DNA of 64,000 bases from Gaiellaceae bacterium (lineage in GTDB: Bacteria; Actinomycetota; Thermoleophilia; Gaiellales; Gaiellaceae). Position numbers and translations under genes: made by a program. Shown here in pieces: positions 63,480-64,000 of the stretch. The stretch's first letter is position 1. The number at the start of each line of letters is the position of its first letter. The stretch is taken from the NCBI GenBank assembly GCA_035698025.1, contig DASSCF010000069.1, positions 4,656 to 68,655 on the forward strand, written 5' to 3'. The notes beneath the pieces were generated by a model. That model was not told the origin of the DNA. It saw only the letters and a list, made by a program, of their open reading frames with translations, and made no database searches.

Positions 63480-64000
63480 TCAGGACGCCGGCAGGTAGGT
63501 AAGCCGGACCACCCCGGAGTCGAAGCGCTTCACGTCGTCGAGCCGCATCCGGATCGTGCCCTTGTCGCCAAGCACGTGGACGTTGCCGTCGCCCCAGACG
63601 AGCGGGTTCAGGTAGATCTCGTAGAGGTCGATCAGGCCCTTCTCGGCCAGGGCGTAGGCGAACTCCCCGCTCCCGTGCATGAAGAGGTCACCGTCGACTT
63701 CGTCCTTCAGCTTCGGGATCGAGTCCTCGAGGTTCCCCTCGAGCGCCGTTGCGTTCCACTCGAGCTCTCCGGAGAGGGAGTTGGAGCCGACCCACTTGCG
63801 CATCGAGTTGACCATGTCCGCCCACTTGCCGGTCTGGCCCGGCCAGAAGCCGGCCAGCCCCTCGTAGGTCTTGCGGCCCAGCACCAGCCCGGCGGATTCC
63901 GACTGGCGCTCGAAGGAGTACTCGCCGTGGTCTCCCTCGGGATCCACCCACTCGCCGACCGGGTCGATGACGCCGTCGAGCGTGGCCTGTGCGGTCGCGA
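63480..64000 (-). CDS. dihydrofolate reductase-family (RibD C-terminal domain) protein, 5' end outside window
   Basis: Motifs LVLGRKTYEGLAGFW and DLFMHGSGEFA. The frame stays open upstream of GTG 63947 to the window edge (..ATLDGVIDPVGEW..). Confidence 0.75.
   Translation of the reverse strand, partial: ATAQATLDGVIDPVGEWVDPEGDHGEYSFERQSESAGLVLGRKTYEGLAGFWPGQTGKWADMVNSMRKWVGSNSLSGELEWNATALEGNLEDSIPKLKDEVDGDLFMHGSGEFAYALAEKGLIDLYEIYLNPLVWGDGNVHVLGDKGTIRMRLDDVKRFDSGVVRLTYLPAS

Overview
Very GC-rich bacterial chromosome segment (third codon positions look almost saturated with G/C; not computed). It is tightly packed, with about 70 protein-coding genes and 3 tRNAs (Gln-UUG, Leu-UAA, initiator Met). 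I saw no rRNA, CRISPR array, transposase or integrase.

Bases 1-16400 hold the conserved actinobacterial housekeeping block: ispE / tRNA-Gln / glmU-prs / L25(ctc)-pth / mfd / PPIase-mazG-eno-pyk / ftsB-like-DUF501. By inference this places the organism in the Actinomycetota, probably a deep-branching high-GC lineage.

The rest mixes three kinds of genes:
- Housekeeping: AddAB-type helicase-nuclease, nth, trxB, rmuC, dinG, ppx, the thiol-redox genes tlpA-ccmH-ccdA, and an L,D-transpeptidase.
- Signalling: an HTH-receiver regulator, a GAF-PP2C phosphatase, and a GAF/PAS histidine kinase.
- Several poorly understood loci.

None of the following is a clear-cut new system. The loci most worth a second look are:
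1. A six-gene, tightly coupled ABC-transporter operon (31139-38212). Its first permease carries a ~145-aa SdrD/Cna-B-like insertion in an extracytoplasmic loop. The operon continues into a two-Rossmann-motif flavoprotein and a multi-TM-anchored parallel beta-helix (NosD-like) protein.
2. trxB followed by a zinc-ribbon-PAS protein rather than by thioredoxin.
3. A bacterial eRF1/Vms1-like (baeRF) protein.
4. An S55 (SpoIVB-like) peptidase-NfeD-CBS cluster plus two orphan genes, bracketed by tRNA genes.
5. A 64-aa zinc-ribbon protein with an AT-hook-like tail upstream of addB-addA.

Sequence-level patterns:
- Four genes have family-typical N-termini that lie upstream of any ATG/GTG/TTG, which points to CTG initiation. 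One forms a CTGA stop/start overlap.
- A leaderless-type start geometry recurs at several genes.
- Four convergent gene pairs share a CTAG tetranucleotide as overlapping stop codons.

All domain calls come from motif recognition by eye; no database search was possible. Long ORFs in the track that run antisense to, or out of frame with, real genes are GC-driven artefacts.
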